Shown piece by piece: positions 26,136-35,305 of a stretch of 42,604 bases of DNA. The notes below the pieces were generated by a model, which saw only the letters and a list, made by a program, of their open reading frames with translations, made no database searches and was not told the DNA's origin. Origin of the DNA: Cyanobacteria bacterium J06626_4 (GTDB lineage: Bacteria; Cyanobacteriota; Cyanobacteriia; Phormidesmidales; Phormidesmidaceae); NCBI GenBank assembly GCA_038523235.1, contig JBCBJQ010000048.1, positions 1 through 42,604 on the forward strand, in the 5' to 3' direction. Both the position numbers and the translations under genes were made by a program. Positions within the stretch are counted from its first letter, which is position 1. Every line of letters starts with the position of its first letter.

Positions 26136-27107
26136 ATGAATGCACCGTTTCAGTCTGCCCCACAGGTGATCTCGCTAACTCCCGATGGCCCGACGATTCC
26201 AGCACTGGGGGTAGGCACTTGGGCGTGGGGCGATTCCCTGTTTTGGAGCTATGGCAAAGACTATACCGAGGCCGATTTATATGAGGCGTTTGCGGTCGCG
26301 ATCGCGGCCGGAGCCAACTTTTTTGATACTGCTGAAGTGTATGGCCTCGGAGAATCAGAACGGTTAATTGGGCGCTTTTTGCAGCGCACTGACCAGCCGG
26401 TTTTCTTGGCGACGAAATACTTTCCTCTGCCGTGGCGCTGGTCGGCTCAGGCCGTTGCTGAGACGTTGACGGCTAGCTTGACCCGTCTGCAGCTAGACTG
26501 CGTTGATCTTTATCAGGTGCACTGGCCGCTAGACTTTTTCCTGGGCCAAAAAGACCTCATGAATGCCCTAGCCAATGAGGTGAAACGAGGACGCATCAAA
26601 GCGGTGGGGGTCAGCAACTACTCTGCAGCACAAATGCAAATGGCCCACGATTATCTGGCTGAACGGGGCGTACCCCTTGCCGTCAATCAGGTACAGTATT
26701 CGCTGCTGCATCGCCAGATTGAGACCAACGGCGTGCTAAATAAGGCCCGTCAGCTGAATGTCAACATTCTGGCCTACAGCCCGCTGGCGCAAGGCCTGCT
26801 CACCGGCAAATATACGGCGGTCAATTATCAAGCTCCTGAAGGCGCCCGAAAACTCAACCCTCGCTTTAGCAAATCTGGCCTGACTAAAATTGCGCTGGTG
26901 CTTGAAACGCTGCAGGCGATCGCTCAAGCCCACGACAAAACTCCGGCTCAGGTAGCGCTCAACTGGCTCATTGGTGGCGGTAATGTGGTGCCAATTCCCG
27001 GCGCGAAGAACGCTGAACAGGCGCGCCAAAATGCTGGAGCCCTCGGTTGGGCCATGTCTGCTGCCGAATATGAACAGCTCAGCCGCGTCACCCAACCCTG
27101 GCGGTAA
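26136..27107 (+). CDS. Aldo/keto reductase
   Basis: LGVGTWAWG, FFDTAEVYG, ATK, DLYQVHWP, GVSNY, AYSPLAQGLLTGKY, PIPGAK. Confidence 0.93.
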   Translation: MNAPFQSAPQVISLTPDGPTIPALGVGTWAWGDSLFWSYGKDYTEADLYEAFAVAIAAGANFFDTAEVYGLGESERLIGRFLQRTDQPVFLATKYFPLPWRWSAQAVAETLTASLTRLQLDCVDLYQVHWPLDFFLGQKDLMNALANEVKRGRIKAVGVSNYSAAQMQMAHDYLAERGVPLAVNQVQYSLLHRQIETNGVLNKARQLNVNILAYSPLAQGLLTGKYTAVNYQAPEGARKLNPRFSKSGLTKIALVLETLQAIAQAHDKTPAQVALNWLIGGGNVVPIPGAKNAEQARQNAGALGWAMSAAEYEQLSRVTQPWR

Positions 27108-27499
27108 GAGATCTGCTCTTAAATAATCTCCCCAAGAAAAACAATTTTCGGCCAGGGTTTGGCAGTCCAAAACCCTGGCAATCGGGGACGCTACTTTCAA
27201 GCAACTCTCGAAGTCTTTTCACTTTAAAGAGCAGGCTTTCTGGAGCAGTCGCCAATGCAGCGAGGACGGAGGTGTCGAAATAGGGGAGTGCTCTAGACCA
27301 CCTCTACCGTCATGTTCAACGCCGACAGCTACGACCGACGTCAAAAAGTGCTTGAGGCGATCTCACGCGATGGTTTGAACACGAGCGAAGCCAGCACCTG
27401 TAGCGCTGGCTACTTAGCTGAGGACACCGAAACGCACGCTGACCCTCAGCGCATTCGCCAAGTAGCTCCGCAGTCTTGTCCTACCCGAACTGGTGACTG

Positions 27500-29563
27500 C
27501 TATAGCGCCATCAACACCACGCAAGAACGGGCTGCTAGGAGATATTGGCGGCTTTTTACTGCTTCTGTCGTGCCATCAACAATGTCATTGGGGGCGGGGC
27601 GAGCCGTGTTGACGATGCGATACCACTGGCTATGGGGATGAGGCTGCGGCAAGTCGAAACACAAGGGTTCCCAATAGGCATTGAGCATAATATGAATCTC
27701 TTCTTCCACTGCGGGGTCATATAGGGTGAAGGCCAAACTGTGGGAATGGTCTGACCAATCTGGTTCAAATAGCTTGACCCCATGCCAAATGAGGTGAGGT
27801 GCTTCGATGAAGGACTCGGTCACGGTTAACCAATTCTGTTGCTGAAACAGCTGCAAATTCTGAATCAGATCAACCATCCGTTGAGTGAAGCGGAAGATTT
27901 CGTGGTGTTCATTCAGGGCATCCCAATTGAACCAATTCAAAGCATTGTCCTGACAATAGGCGTTGTTATTCCCCTTTTGAGTGCGTCCCGCTTCATCGCC
28001 CATGAGTAACATCGGCGTACCCTGAGCCACGAGCAAGATGGTAATCAGATTTTTGACTTGCTGCAGCCTTAATTGGCGCACGGTGATCTCATCGGATGGG
28101 CCTTCTGAACCGCAGTTCCAGCTGAAGTTGGCATCGCTACCATCACGATTTTGCTCGCCATTCGCACTGTTGTGTTTGCCGTTATAAGACACCACGTCAC
28201 TGAGGGTGAAGCCATCGTGGCAGGTAATAAAGTTGATGCTGCGATTGGTTTCGCGTTGCGGATCATCCACAAATAAGTCAGGGCTGCCTAAGAGCCGTGC
28301 GGCGAGTTTACTGACCGTGTTGTTGTCGCCTTTGACAAACTGCCGGACATCATCCCGAAAGGGACCGTTCCATTCGGCAAAGCGATCGCCAATAAAGGAG
28401 CCCACTTGATACAATCCGGCAGCATCCCAAGCTTCCGCAATAAGTTTGGTGCGAGCAAGCACAGGGTCTGATTCGATCGCCCACAAAATGGGTGGATCAT
28501 CCTGGGGGCGGCCTACCCGATCGCGCGACATGACCGAAGCGAGGTCAAAGCGAAAGCCGTCAACGTGCATCTCCGAAACCCAGTAGCGGAGACTGTCAAG
28601 AATTAGCCGACTCGCTACGGTATGCCCCGATTTGACCGTGTTGCCGCAGCCACTGTAGTTGGCATACATCGAGGCATCATCGGTTTCTAGAATGTAATAG
28701 GTTTGATTGTCGATGCCGCGAAATGACAGGGTTGGGCCGCGATGATCGCCCTCGGCAGTGTGATTAAACACCACGTCTAAAATGACTTGGATATTGGCCT
28801 TATGGAGGGCTTTGACCATATCTCGAAACTCATCGACCGGGCCAGCGGGATCTTGCCGAGAGCTGTAGGCCCGGTGGGGCGCAAAGAAGCCGATGGTGCT
28901 ATAGCCCCAATAGTTACTGAGCCCCAAGGGGGCGTCACGCTCATCAAATTGATGCACCGGCAGCAGCTCGACGGCAGTCACCCCAAGCGATTGCAAAAAC
29001 GGGATTTTTTCAATCAGGCCCGCAAACGTGCCCCGTTTTTCAGCGGCCACGCCAGAACTGGGGTGGCGCGTAAACCCGTTGACGTGCATTTCATAGATCA
29101 CGGTGCGGGAGTAGGGGATATCGAGAGGCGTATCGCCTTCCCAATCGTAAGTTCGCAGATCCACGACGACATTACGCAACGCATAGGGGGAATTTTCACC
29201 CGGATGGCAGGCGGCCTGGCGATCGTAGTTTTCTTGCCCCACGACGGCTCGCCCATAGGGATCAAGTAAAACTTTGGCGGCATCAAAGCGTTGCCCCCGC
29301 TGGGGATCATTCGGGCCGGTCACTCGATAGGCGTAAACCTGTCCGGCTTTGATGCCCTTAACAAAGGCATGCCAATAGTTAAACGACCGATGATAGCGCG
29401 GGTCGAGATGAATCGTATGCTCTGGATAGGGCGCCTCAGGCGTCGCATATAGGAGTAGATCAACACCGGTCGCTTGTTGCGAATAGAGGCAAAAGTTGAC
29501 ACCCTTGCCGTCTACTGTGGCACCGAGAGGATAGCTGTTCCCCGGTGTGATTCTGAGTGACAT
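27500..29563 (-). CDS. glgX: Glycogen debranching enzyme / isoamylase (GH13)
   Basis: YPLGAT, NYWGY, DVVFNHT, DGFRFDLA, AEAWD, CHDGFTL, GNNNAYCQDN; start at ATG 29563. Confidence 0.95.
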   Translation of the reverse strand: MSLRITPGNSYPLGATVDGKGVNFCLYSQQATGVDLLLYATPEAPYPEHTIHLDPRYHRSFNYWHAFVKGIKAGQVYAYRVTGPNDPQRGQRFDAAKVLLDPYGRAVVGQENYDRQAACHPGENSPYALRNVVVDLRTYDWEGDTPLDIPYSRTVIYEMHVNGFTRHPSSGVAAEKRGTFAGLIEKIPFLQSLGVTAVELLPVHQFDERDAPLGLSNYWGYSTIGFFAPHRAYSSRQDPAGPVDEFRDMVKALHKANIQVILDVVFNHTAEGDHRGPTLSFRGIDNQTYYILETDDASMYANYSGCGNTVKSGHTVASRLILDSLRYWVSEMHVDGFRFDLASVMSRDRVGRPQDDPPILWAIESDPVLARTKLIAEAWDAAGLYQVGSFIGDRFAEWNGPFRDDVRQFVKGDNNTVSKLAARLLGSPDLFVDDPQRETNRSINFITCHDGFTLSDVVSYNGKHNSANGEQNRDGSDANFSWNCGSEGPSDEITVRQLRLQQVKNLITILLVAQGTPMLLMGDEAGRTQKGNNNAYCQDNALNWFNWDALNEHHEIFRFTQRMVDLIQNLQLFQQQNWLTVTESFIEAPHLIWHGVKLFEPDWSDHSHSLAFTLYDPAVEEEIHIMLNAYWEPLCFDLPQPHPHSQWYRIVNTARPAPNDIVDGTTEAVKSRQYLLAARSCVVLMAL

Positions 29564-29573
29564 GGGATATTTT

Positions 29574-29807
29574 CTACTCAAACTCTAAATGTCTATCCTT
29601 GAGTTGCTGCTGCATGACCGCTCGGATTAAATCGACTTCATCGGCGGAGATGTGACCATCGGCCATGAGGGCGTCTCGTAGTTCCTGCGCTTCATCGGCG
29701 GAGATCTTGCCATCGGCCATGACGCGCTCAACGAGCGCTCGCAGCCGCGAGAGATGTTGCCCATCATCGGCGGGCAGTGAAGGCGAATTAGCAGGTTGAG
29801 CCGTCAT
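29574..29807 (-). CDS. Small protein with two MADG-x-ISADE repeats (TerB/EF-hand-like)
   Basis: 77 aa with ATG start, 10 nt upstream of the glgX start; internal 18-aa duplication. Confidence 0.7.
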   Translation of the reverse strand: MTAQPANSPSLPADDGQHLSRLRALVERVMADGKISADEAQELRDALMADGHISADEVDLIRAVMQQQLKDRHLEFE

Positions 29808-29916
29808 CGCAGATTACCCGATACCGTTGGTGTACAAAAACACAACATTTGCATAATAGCGAGGGGCAAACGTAGATAGTGATCGCAAAAAATGACTTAA
29901 CATCTTGCCCTTCACG

Positions 29917-30480
29917 TTAACCAGGACAAATGGTTGACCACTGATCAATGTCTGACCGGGCATCTAATAGAGACGACAATTCACCTCGATAGGTCACTAA
30001 CCGACTGCGGTCGAGAGAGTCAGCGGGCACTAGGGTAATCATTTCGTCAACCGTCGCTGCCGCGCAGGCCCAGTCTCTCGCGGTGACTGCGACGTCAACC
30101 CGTCCCCGCAGCTCTGCTAATCGCTGCAGGCGAAGCTGATCGCGGCGCTCGGCTTCAATGTAGGATTCCACATTGCTAATGGCTCTGAGCGCATAGACGT
30201 CGCCAGGACGCTCATCTAAAGCCCGCCGAAAGTTGATCAAAGCCGTCTGATAGTCAGCTTGTTCCGTCGCTGCATACCCAATCAGCATTGCCTGGGTGTA
30301 AGCGGCATTCGCGCCCTCGGTCACGGGAGTGGTGGTCTCTGCGCCGGTTTCAGTCCCTAACGTGACGCCAGGGATGCCATCCGCGATCGCGGATGAGCTG
30401 AACAGGCTCCCCAGGCCTACCATCACTACGGCACTGCCCCAGAGGCAGTTGCGGACAATTGGGCTCACTGGCTTGAACAT
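29917..30480 (-). CDS. Exported hypothetical protein with TPR-like helices
   Basis: Signal peptide; MLIGYAATEQADYQTALINFRRALDERPGDVYA TPR-like motif; two Cys near the C-terminus. Confidence 0.7.
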   Translation of the reverse strand: MFKPVSPIVRNCLWGSAVVMVGLGSLFSSSAIADGIPGVTLGTETGAETTTPVTEGANAAYTQAMLIGYAATEQADYQTALINFRRALDERPGDVYALRAISNVESYIEAERRDQLRLQRLAELRGRVDVAVTARDWACAAATVDEMITLVPADSLDRSRLVTYRGELSSLLDARSDIDQWSTICPG

Positions 30481-30633
30481 CTCAGGCCCTCAATTCATCA
30501 CTTAGGCAATTCTGTGCTCTTAAGGATAGCGGAGATCTGACATTGCGAGAGGCTCAATTCACTGCCGGAGTCAACAATTGGGGACAATGAATCTGAGATA
30601 ATTGCCGTAGTTTATTAGCAACGTTGCTTCCTT

Positions 30634-30801
30634 ATGGCCAACTCCGTAGAGTGGACTCCAGCCGCCACCGCTCGTCTGAAAGAAATTCCTTTTTTTGTGC
30701 GACCAGCCGCCCGTAAAAAAATCGAAAAGTTTGCTCGAGAAAAGGGGCTTAATTCAATTACAGAAGCGGTGTATGAAGAGGCGAAGAAACAATTTGGCTA
30801 A
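30634..30801 (+). CDS. Stand-alone PCP_red (protochlorophyllide reductase B C-terminal-like) domain protein, 55 aa; absent from ORF track
   Basis: Manual translation MANSVEWTPAATARLKEIPFFVRPAARKKIEKFAREKGLNSITEAVYEEAKKQFG. Confidence 0.88.
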   Translation: MANSVEWTPAATARLKEIPFFVRPAARKKIEKFAREKGLNSITEAVYEEAKKQFG

Positions 30802-31154
30802 GCGTTCTCTAAAAATGAGTTCCTATAGTGAGGCGGCAGCTCTGACAGTTGTCAGTAAGTTACCTCAGTCAATATTGCGGCGCTAGCCGCGATCGCCACA
30901 CCATGCCCGCAGTCGTCTGGCGATCGCTCTCCCCTGGTGTTTTACTCCAAGATCGCTGACCCAGTGGCTGCATGACGCAGCCATGTTGACATTAATTTAA
31001 TGACAGCAGATTCGCAGAGGGAACTGGGCAGTTTAGTATTGACGAAAGTCGGCAATGGGCTAAACCCTTACATAAAGGCGATTGAGGTTGATTGCACGAT
31101 TGCTCTGGCACTTCATTACGACAGACGGCCATCAGTAAACATTGATATTAGCCC

Positions 31155-33350
31155 GTGAAACAACTGCACCGCAGTCTCCATGTTTTGAGACGACGTACCC
31201 AGACAGCCATTCGTAGTTCTTCGTTGCACTTGGCGTTTACGTTACCGGTCTTGGTGCAATTGTTTGCGGCGGTTGGTTTAGTGGGCTATCTTTCTTTTCG
31301 CAATGGTCAACAGGCGGTGCAGGTTTTAGCCTCACAGTTGCGGAGTGAAGTGTCAGCCCGCATTGAAGGTGAGTTAGAAAGCTACTTAGGTGATCCCCAT
31401 GCCATCAATCGCCTCAATGCAACCGCATTTTCTAACGGCGATTTGGATATTGAACAAGCAACCAAAGGGGAACATTTGCTATTTCAGCAAATGAGAATCT
31501 ACCCCAAGATCGCCTTTGTGTATTGTGGCAGTGCTCGCTCAGGAGAATTTTTTGGCATCTTAAGATCGCCTGAGACGGGTCGGTTAGAGCTGTCTTACAG
31601 TAATCCCGACACAAATTTTCTTCGCCAGCACAGCAGCTTAGATGTAAGAGGCTATCGCCAGCATTTTTTAGGTCAGACCGAGCCCACGTATGACGCTCGG
31701 GTGCGGCCCTGGTTTAAATCTGCCATCAACACCGAAGGCCCGACTTGGACGGAAGTCTATCTGGCCTTCACCACGGGCTTACCCAACGTGACGGCCAGTC
31801 TGCCGGTTTATAGTCGCAATGGTCGCCAGCTGTTGGGGGTCTGTGCGACCGATGTGGTGCTGCCAGAAGAATTTCGAACTTTTTTGAAGCAGCTAGAAAT
31901 TGGGCAATCAGGACAGGCCTTTGTCATTGATCGTCAGGGCAACCTGATTTCTAGCTCAACGGACGAACCACTCATGTCAGCGGTGGGGGATGAGCCTGAG
32001 CTGTTGGCGGCGACCCAAAGTCAAAATGCGCAAGTTCAGGAATCCGCTACCTATTTGCTTAATCGTTTCAGTTCCTTTGGCCGTATTCAGCAGAGCCAGC
32101 AGCTCACGTTTGCCCTCAACGGGCAACGCCAGTTTTTAGAAGTCTTGCCCTTTAATGATGGGTTTGGTTTGGACTGGCTGATTGTGGTGGTGGTGCCCGA
32201 ATCCGAATTTATGGGGCAAATTCAGCTCAACACCCGCATTACGATTGTGCTGTGTGGCTTAGCGCTGGCGATCGCCCTCGCTGTGGGCACGCTTTTGGCG
32301 CAACGCCTGACGAGTCCGATTTTGCAACTCAATGCCGCCGTCAAAGAAATTGCCGCTGGGCGTTGGCAGCAGCGGGTTGAGATTAATCGCACTGACGAAC
32401 TGGGAGAACTGGCCGATTCGGTGAACCAGATGGCGGGGCAAATTCAACAATCGTTTGAGCGTCTAGCCGAACAGCGCAATGCCTTTTCGCGATTCTTCCC
32501 GCCGGAATATCTCCAGTTCATGAAAAAGCAAAGTGTGACCGAAGTCAGACTCGGTGATCACGTCAGTAAAGAGATGACGGTGATGTTTTCCGATATTCGT
32601 GGCTTTACCAACATGGCCGAAAAGATGAAAGCGCGCAGAACGTTCCAATTTATCAATACCTATCTACAGCGCATCTCACCGCTGGTGAGAACGCACAGCG
32701 GGTTCGTGGTGAAATATATGGGAGACGGCATGATGGCCGTTTTTCCCTATGCGGCAGAAAATGCCATTGACTCAGCGATCGCCCAGTTTCAAAAAGTACA
32801 AGAACACAATCAGCAGATTGATACCCAATCACCCAGCACCTTTGCGATCGAAATCGGCATTGGCCTACATTTTGGCAAAGTCATGGCGGGCATGATCGGT
32901 GAGCCCGACCGGATTCAGCCCGATGCCTTATCTGACACGGTTAATCTGGCCGCCCGCTTGGAAGGACTCTCCAAAGTTTATGGTGCGGCACTGATCATTT
33001 CGGAAACCGTGCGCCGTCAATTGAAAGACCATGACCGTTATCAACTCCGGTTTTTAGACAGGGTCATTGTCAAAGGGCGGACTGAAGACATTGCCGTTTA
33101 TGAGGTTTTAGACGCTGAGCCTGACCTGAGGCGACGCCAAAAACTAGAGACCCTGCCAGCGTTTGAAGCCGGCATCACCGCCTATACCAATCAGGATTTA
33201 GACACGGCTGCCCAGCATTTCCACACGGTATGCACCCAACACCCTCAAGATAAAACTGCACAGCTCTATCAGCAGCGTATTCAGTACTTACTCCGGGAGG
33301 GGATGCCCAAAAACTGGAACGGGGCCTGGGAGTTGGACCATAAGCGATGA
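31155..33350 (+). CDS. Class III adenylate cyclase with Cache sensor, 2 TM and HAMP
   Basis: YDARVRPWF (dCache), DELGELADSVNQMA (HAMP), MFSDIRGFT, KYMGDG, DALSDTVNLAARLE; K/D substrate residues indicate ATP specificity. Confidence 0.9.
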   Translation: MKQLHRSLHVLRRRTQTAIRSSSLHLAFTLPVLVQLFAAVGLVGYLSFRNGQQAVQVLASQLRSEVSARIEGELESYLGDPHAINRLNATAFSNGDLDIEQATKGEHLLFQQMRIYPKIAFVYCGSARSGEFFGILRSPETGRLELSYSNPDTNFLRQHSSLDVRGYRQHFLGQTEPTYDARVRPWFKSAINTEGPTWTEVYLAFTTGLPNVTASLPVYSRNGRQLLGVCATDVVLPEEFRTFLKQLEIGQSGQAFVIDRQGNLISSSTDEPLMSAVGDEPELLAATQSQNAQVQESATYLLNRFSSFGRIQQSQQLTFALNGQRQFLEVLPFNDGFGLDWLIVVVVPESEFMGQIQLNTRITIVLCGLALAIALAVGTLLAQRLTSPILQLNAAVKEIAAGRWQQRVEINRTDELGELADSVNQMAGQIQQSFERLAEQRNAFSRFFPPEYLQFMKKQSVTEVRLGDHVSKEMTVMFSDIRGFTNMAEKMKARRTFQFINTYLQRISPLVRTHSGFVVKYMGDGMMAVFPYAAENAIDSAIAQFQKVQEHNQQIDTQSPSTFAIEIGIGLHFGKVMAGMIGEPDRIQPDALSDTVNLAARLEGLSKVYGAALIISETVRRQLKDHDRYQLRFLDRVIVKGRTEDIAVYEVLDAEPDLRRRQKLETLPAFEAGITAYTNQDLDTAAQHFHTVCTQHPQDKTAQLYQQRIQYLLREGMPKNWNGAWELDHKR

Positions 33351-33513
33351 GGCCGCAAAGGCCGCAAACCAAGCTGGAGAGGGGTAAGGTGATTTTGACC
33401 TGAAGCACCGAGCTGTCCTGACCGAATTTGAGCGCAAATTGGACGATTGCAGACGACAGAGGAGCGCAGGGCTAATTTTTGGGGCTCGGAGGAATACCCT
33501 TATCGCTAACTGT

Positions 33514-33556
33514 GTTACATTATGTAACAAGCAGTTGCGCTACGTTGGCCCATAAT
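33514..33556 (+). promoter_or_regulatory. HLR1 (RpaB-type) element and -10 of the hli gene
   Basis: GTTACATT-AT-GTAACAAG (33514-33531) overlapping the -35 region; CATAAT at 33551-33556. Confidence 0.7.
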
Positions 33557-33575
33557 CTGTTAGGAATCAATCACC

Positions 33576-33716
33576 ATGGAAAGCGAAAACAAGTTCGGTT
33601 TTGTTAACTTTGCTGAGACCTGGAATGGCCGTCTGGCTATGTTGGGTTTTGTCATTGGCCTCGCCACTGAGTACCTCACGGGTCAAGGCATTCTTTCACA
33701 AATTGGCTTGATGTAA
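33576..33716 (+). CDS. hliC: High light inducible protein (HLIP/SCP), 46 aa, HliC-like; absent from ORF track
   Basis: MESENKFGFVNFAETWNGRLAMLGFVIGLATEYLTGQGILSQIGLM with ExxNGRLAM chlorophyll-binding motif; paralog letter tentative. Confidence 0.93.
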   Translation: MESENKFGFVNFAETWNGRLAMLGFVIGLATEYLTGQGILSQIGLM

Positions 33717-33743
33717 TTACGACTGATTGCATACAGTCTGAGT

Positions 33744-33779
33744 GCCGGGGTGGCGATCGTCATCCCGGTTTTGTTGTTT
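33744..33779 (+). terminator. Rho-independent terminator of hli
   Basis: GCCGGGGTGGC-GATC-GTCATCCCGGT followed by TTTGTTGTTT. Confidence 0.75.
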
Positions 33780-34147
33780 CAGTGGGGCAGGCCTTATCCC
33801 AGTTCTACAGATTACAGCTACCCAGACAAATCGGCTTTCTCCCCGTAGGAGACACTGCGTGTTGGCCTGGCCTGCCCGTTGGACTGCCGCTGCCGCTCAG
33901 CCGACGTTCCTTGAGTGGCGTCGAAAGGCGGATCTGTAGTCCAGTTTCAGAGAATGGGTATTAACCACGGTTTCCTCACCAGAGGAGCCGGGCGGCTCAT
34001 CGGCCTTCTAGAAAACTTGACTGACGGGGGCACGACCTATCAGATATGCTCAACGCGGGCGGTTGCGACGGACTCAGTCCTTTCAGCAGAACCGCCTTTC
34101 GCAAAGAATATTATGATGGAAACTATCGCGACTTTTGGCAGTAGCTT

Positions 34148-35305
34148 ATGACTTCAGTGGTTACCTCTAATCAAACTCAAGGCATGGAAGACGCCAAGCA
34201 TGGCATGCCGGTTACCATCATTACGGGTTTTTTGGGCAGCGGCAAAACGACGTTACTGAACCATATTCTCAGCAATCAAGACGGCCTCAAGACGGCGGTG
34301 CTAGTCAACGAATTTGGCGAAATCGGCATTGATAATGACTTGCTGATCACCGCTGAAGGCGGCGACGACACGATGGTCGAGCTAAGCAATGGCTGCATCT
34401 GCTGCACGATCAACAACGATCTGATGGATGCCGTCTATAAAGTTTTAGAGCGGCAAGACAAGATTGATTACTTGGTCGTCGAAACGACGGGGCTAGCTGA
34501 TCCGTTGCCGATCGCGCTCACCTTTTTAGGCACAGAACTGCGAGATCTCACGCGTCTCGACTCTATCGTGACCGTTGTGGATGCCGAAAACTACAGCCTC
34601 GACTTGTTTAACAGTCAGGCTGCTTACAATCAGATTGCCTATGGCGACATCCTGCTGCTGAATAAAGCGGATTTAGTGGACACAGCGGCTCTTGATCAGC
34701 TGGAGGTCAAGATGCGTGAGGTGAAAGAAGGTGCGCGCATCATTCGCACAACGAAGTCAGAGGTGCCCTTACCGCTCATTTTGAGTGTGGGTTTATTCGA
34801 GTCAGATCAGTACTTTGGCCAAGATTCTGAGTCTGGACACGATCATGACCACCATGGCCATGAGCATGGGGCACATGATCACGAAGACCACACTAACTGC
34901 GACCATGATCACGACCACGGTGAACATGATCACGAGCATGAGCATCATCACCACGAGCATGAGCATCACCACTCCGATCATCTCGCCATTGATGGGTTCA
35001 CCTCCGTTTCGTTTGAGAGCGATCGCCCTTTGGCAATTCGCAAGTTTCAAAACTTTCTCGATAACGAGCTACCCGAAAATATTTTTCGCGCCAAAGGTAT
35101 TTTGTGGTTTGACGAAAGCCCCAATCGGCACATTTTCCACCTCAGCGGCAAGCGATTTTCGCTCGACGATGATGAATGGAAAGGCAGCCCTAAAAATCAA
35201 ATGGTACTGATTGGTCAAAACCTTGATCATGACAAACTTCGGGAGCAATTAAATAGCTGTGTTTGTCTGCCGTCGGCCAATCGCGCCAAAGGCTTTGACC
35301 AATAG
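34148..35305 (+). CDS. COG0523/CobW family metallochaperone GTPase with His-rich insert
   Basis: TGFLGSGKTT, NEFGEIGID, GCICCT, ETTGLADP, NKAD, long H/E/D tract, CobW_C (IFRAKG). Confidence 0.93.
   Translation: MTSVVTSNQTQGMEDAKHGMPVTIITGFLGSGKTTLLNHILSNQDGLKTAVLVNEFGEIGIDNDLLITAEGGDDTMVELSNGCICCTINNDLMDAVYKVLERQDKIDYLVVETTGLADPLPIALTFLGTELRDLTRLDSIVTVVDAENYSLDLFNSQAAYNQIAYGDILLLNKADLVDTAALDQLEVKMREVKEGARIIRTTKSEVPLPLILSVGLFESDQYFGQDSESGHDHDHHGHEHGAHDHEDHTNCDHDHDHGEHDHEHEHHHHEHEHHHSDHLAIDGFTSVSFESDRPLAIRKFQNFLDNELPENIFRAKGILWFDESPNRHIFHLSGKRFSLDDDEWKGSPKNQMVLIGQNLDHDKLREQLNSCVCLPSANRAKGFDQ

Noticed and set aside
27312..27641. 109-aa ORF in the AKR-glgX spacer
   Set aside because: Runs antisense into glgX, has no recognisable motif or clear RBS, and the region is better explained by hairpins.
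30695..30886. 63-aa ORF in the track
   Set aside because: Out-of-frame overlap of the real PCP_red gene at 30634-30801.
30952..31060. Resemblance of the cyclase leader to the glnA glutamine riboswitch (CGYTGACCCAG...CTGGGC...AGTA)
   Set aside because: The loop-E GAA strand and the 3' strand of P1 are missing; kept only as an unclassified structure.
33351..33368. GGCCGCAAA tandem duplication after the cyclase stop
   Set aside because: Only two copies, with no associated structure or function.
33780..34147. Cobalamin riboswitch or Zur box upstream of COG0523
   Set aside because: No AGGGAA/GGTG/ACTGT B12 core. TGATGGAAACTATCG is only a weak match to TGATAATnATTATCA.
34841..34981. CAT/GAG/CAC repeats that look like a tandem array
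   Set aside because: They encode the His-rich insert of the COG0523 protein.
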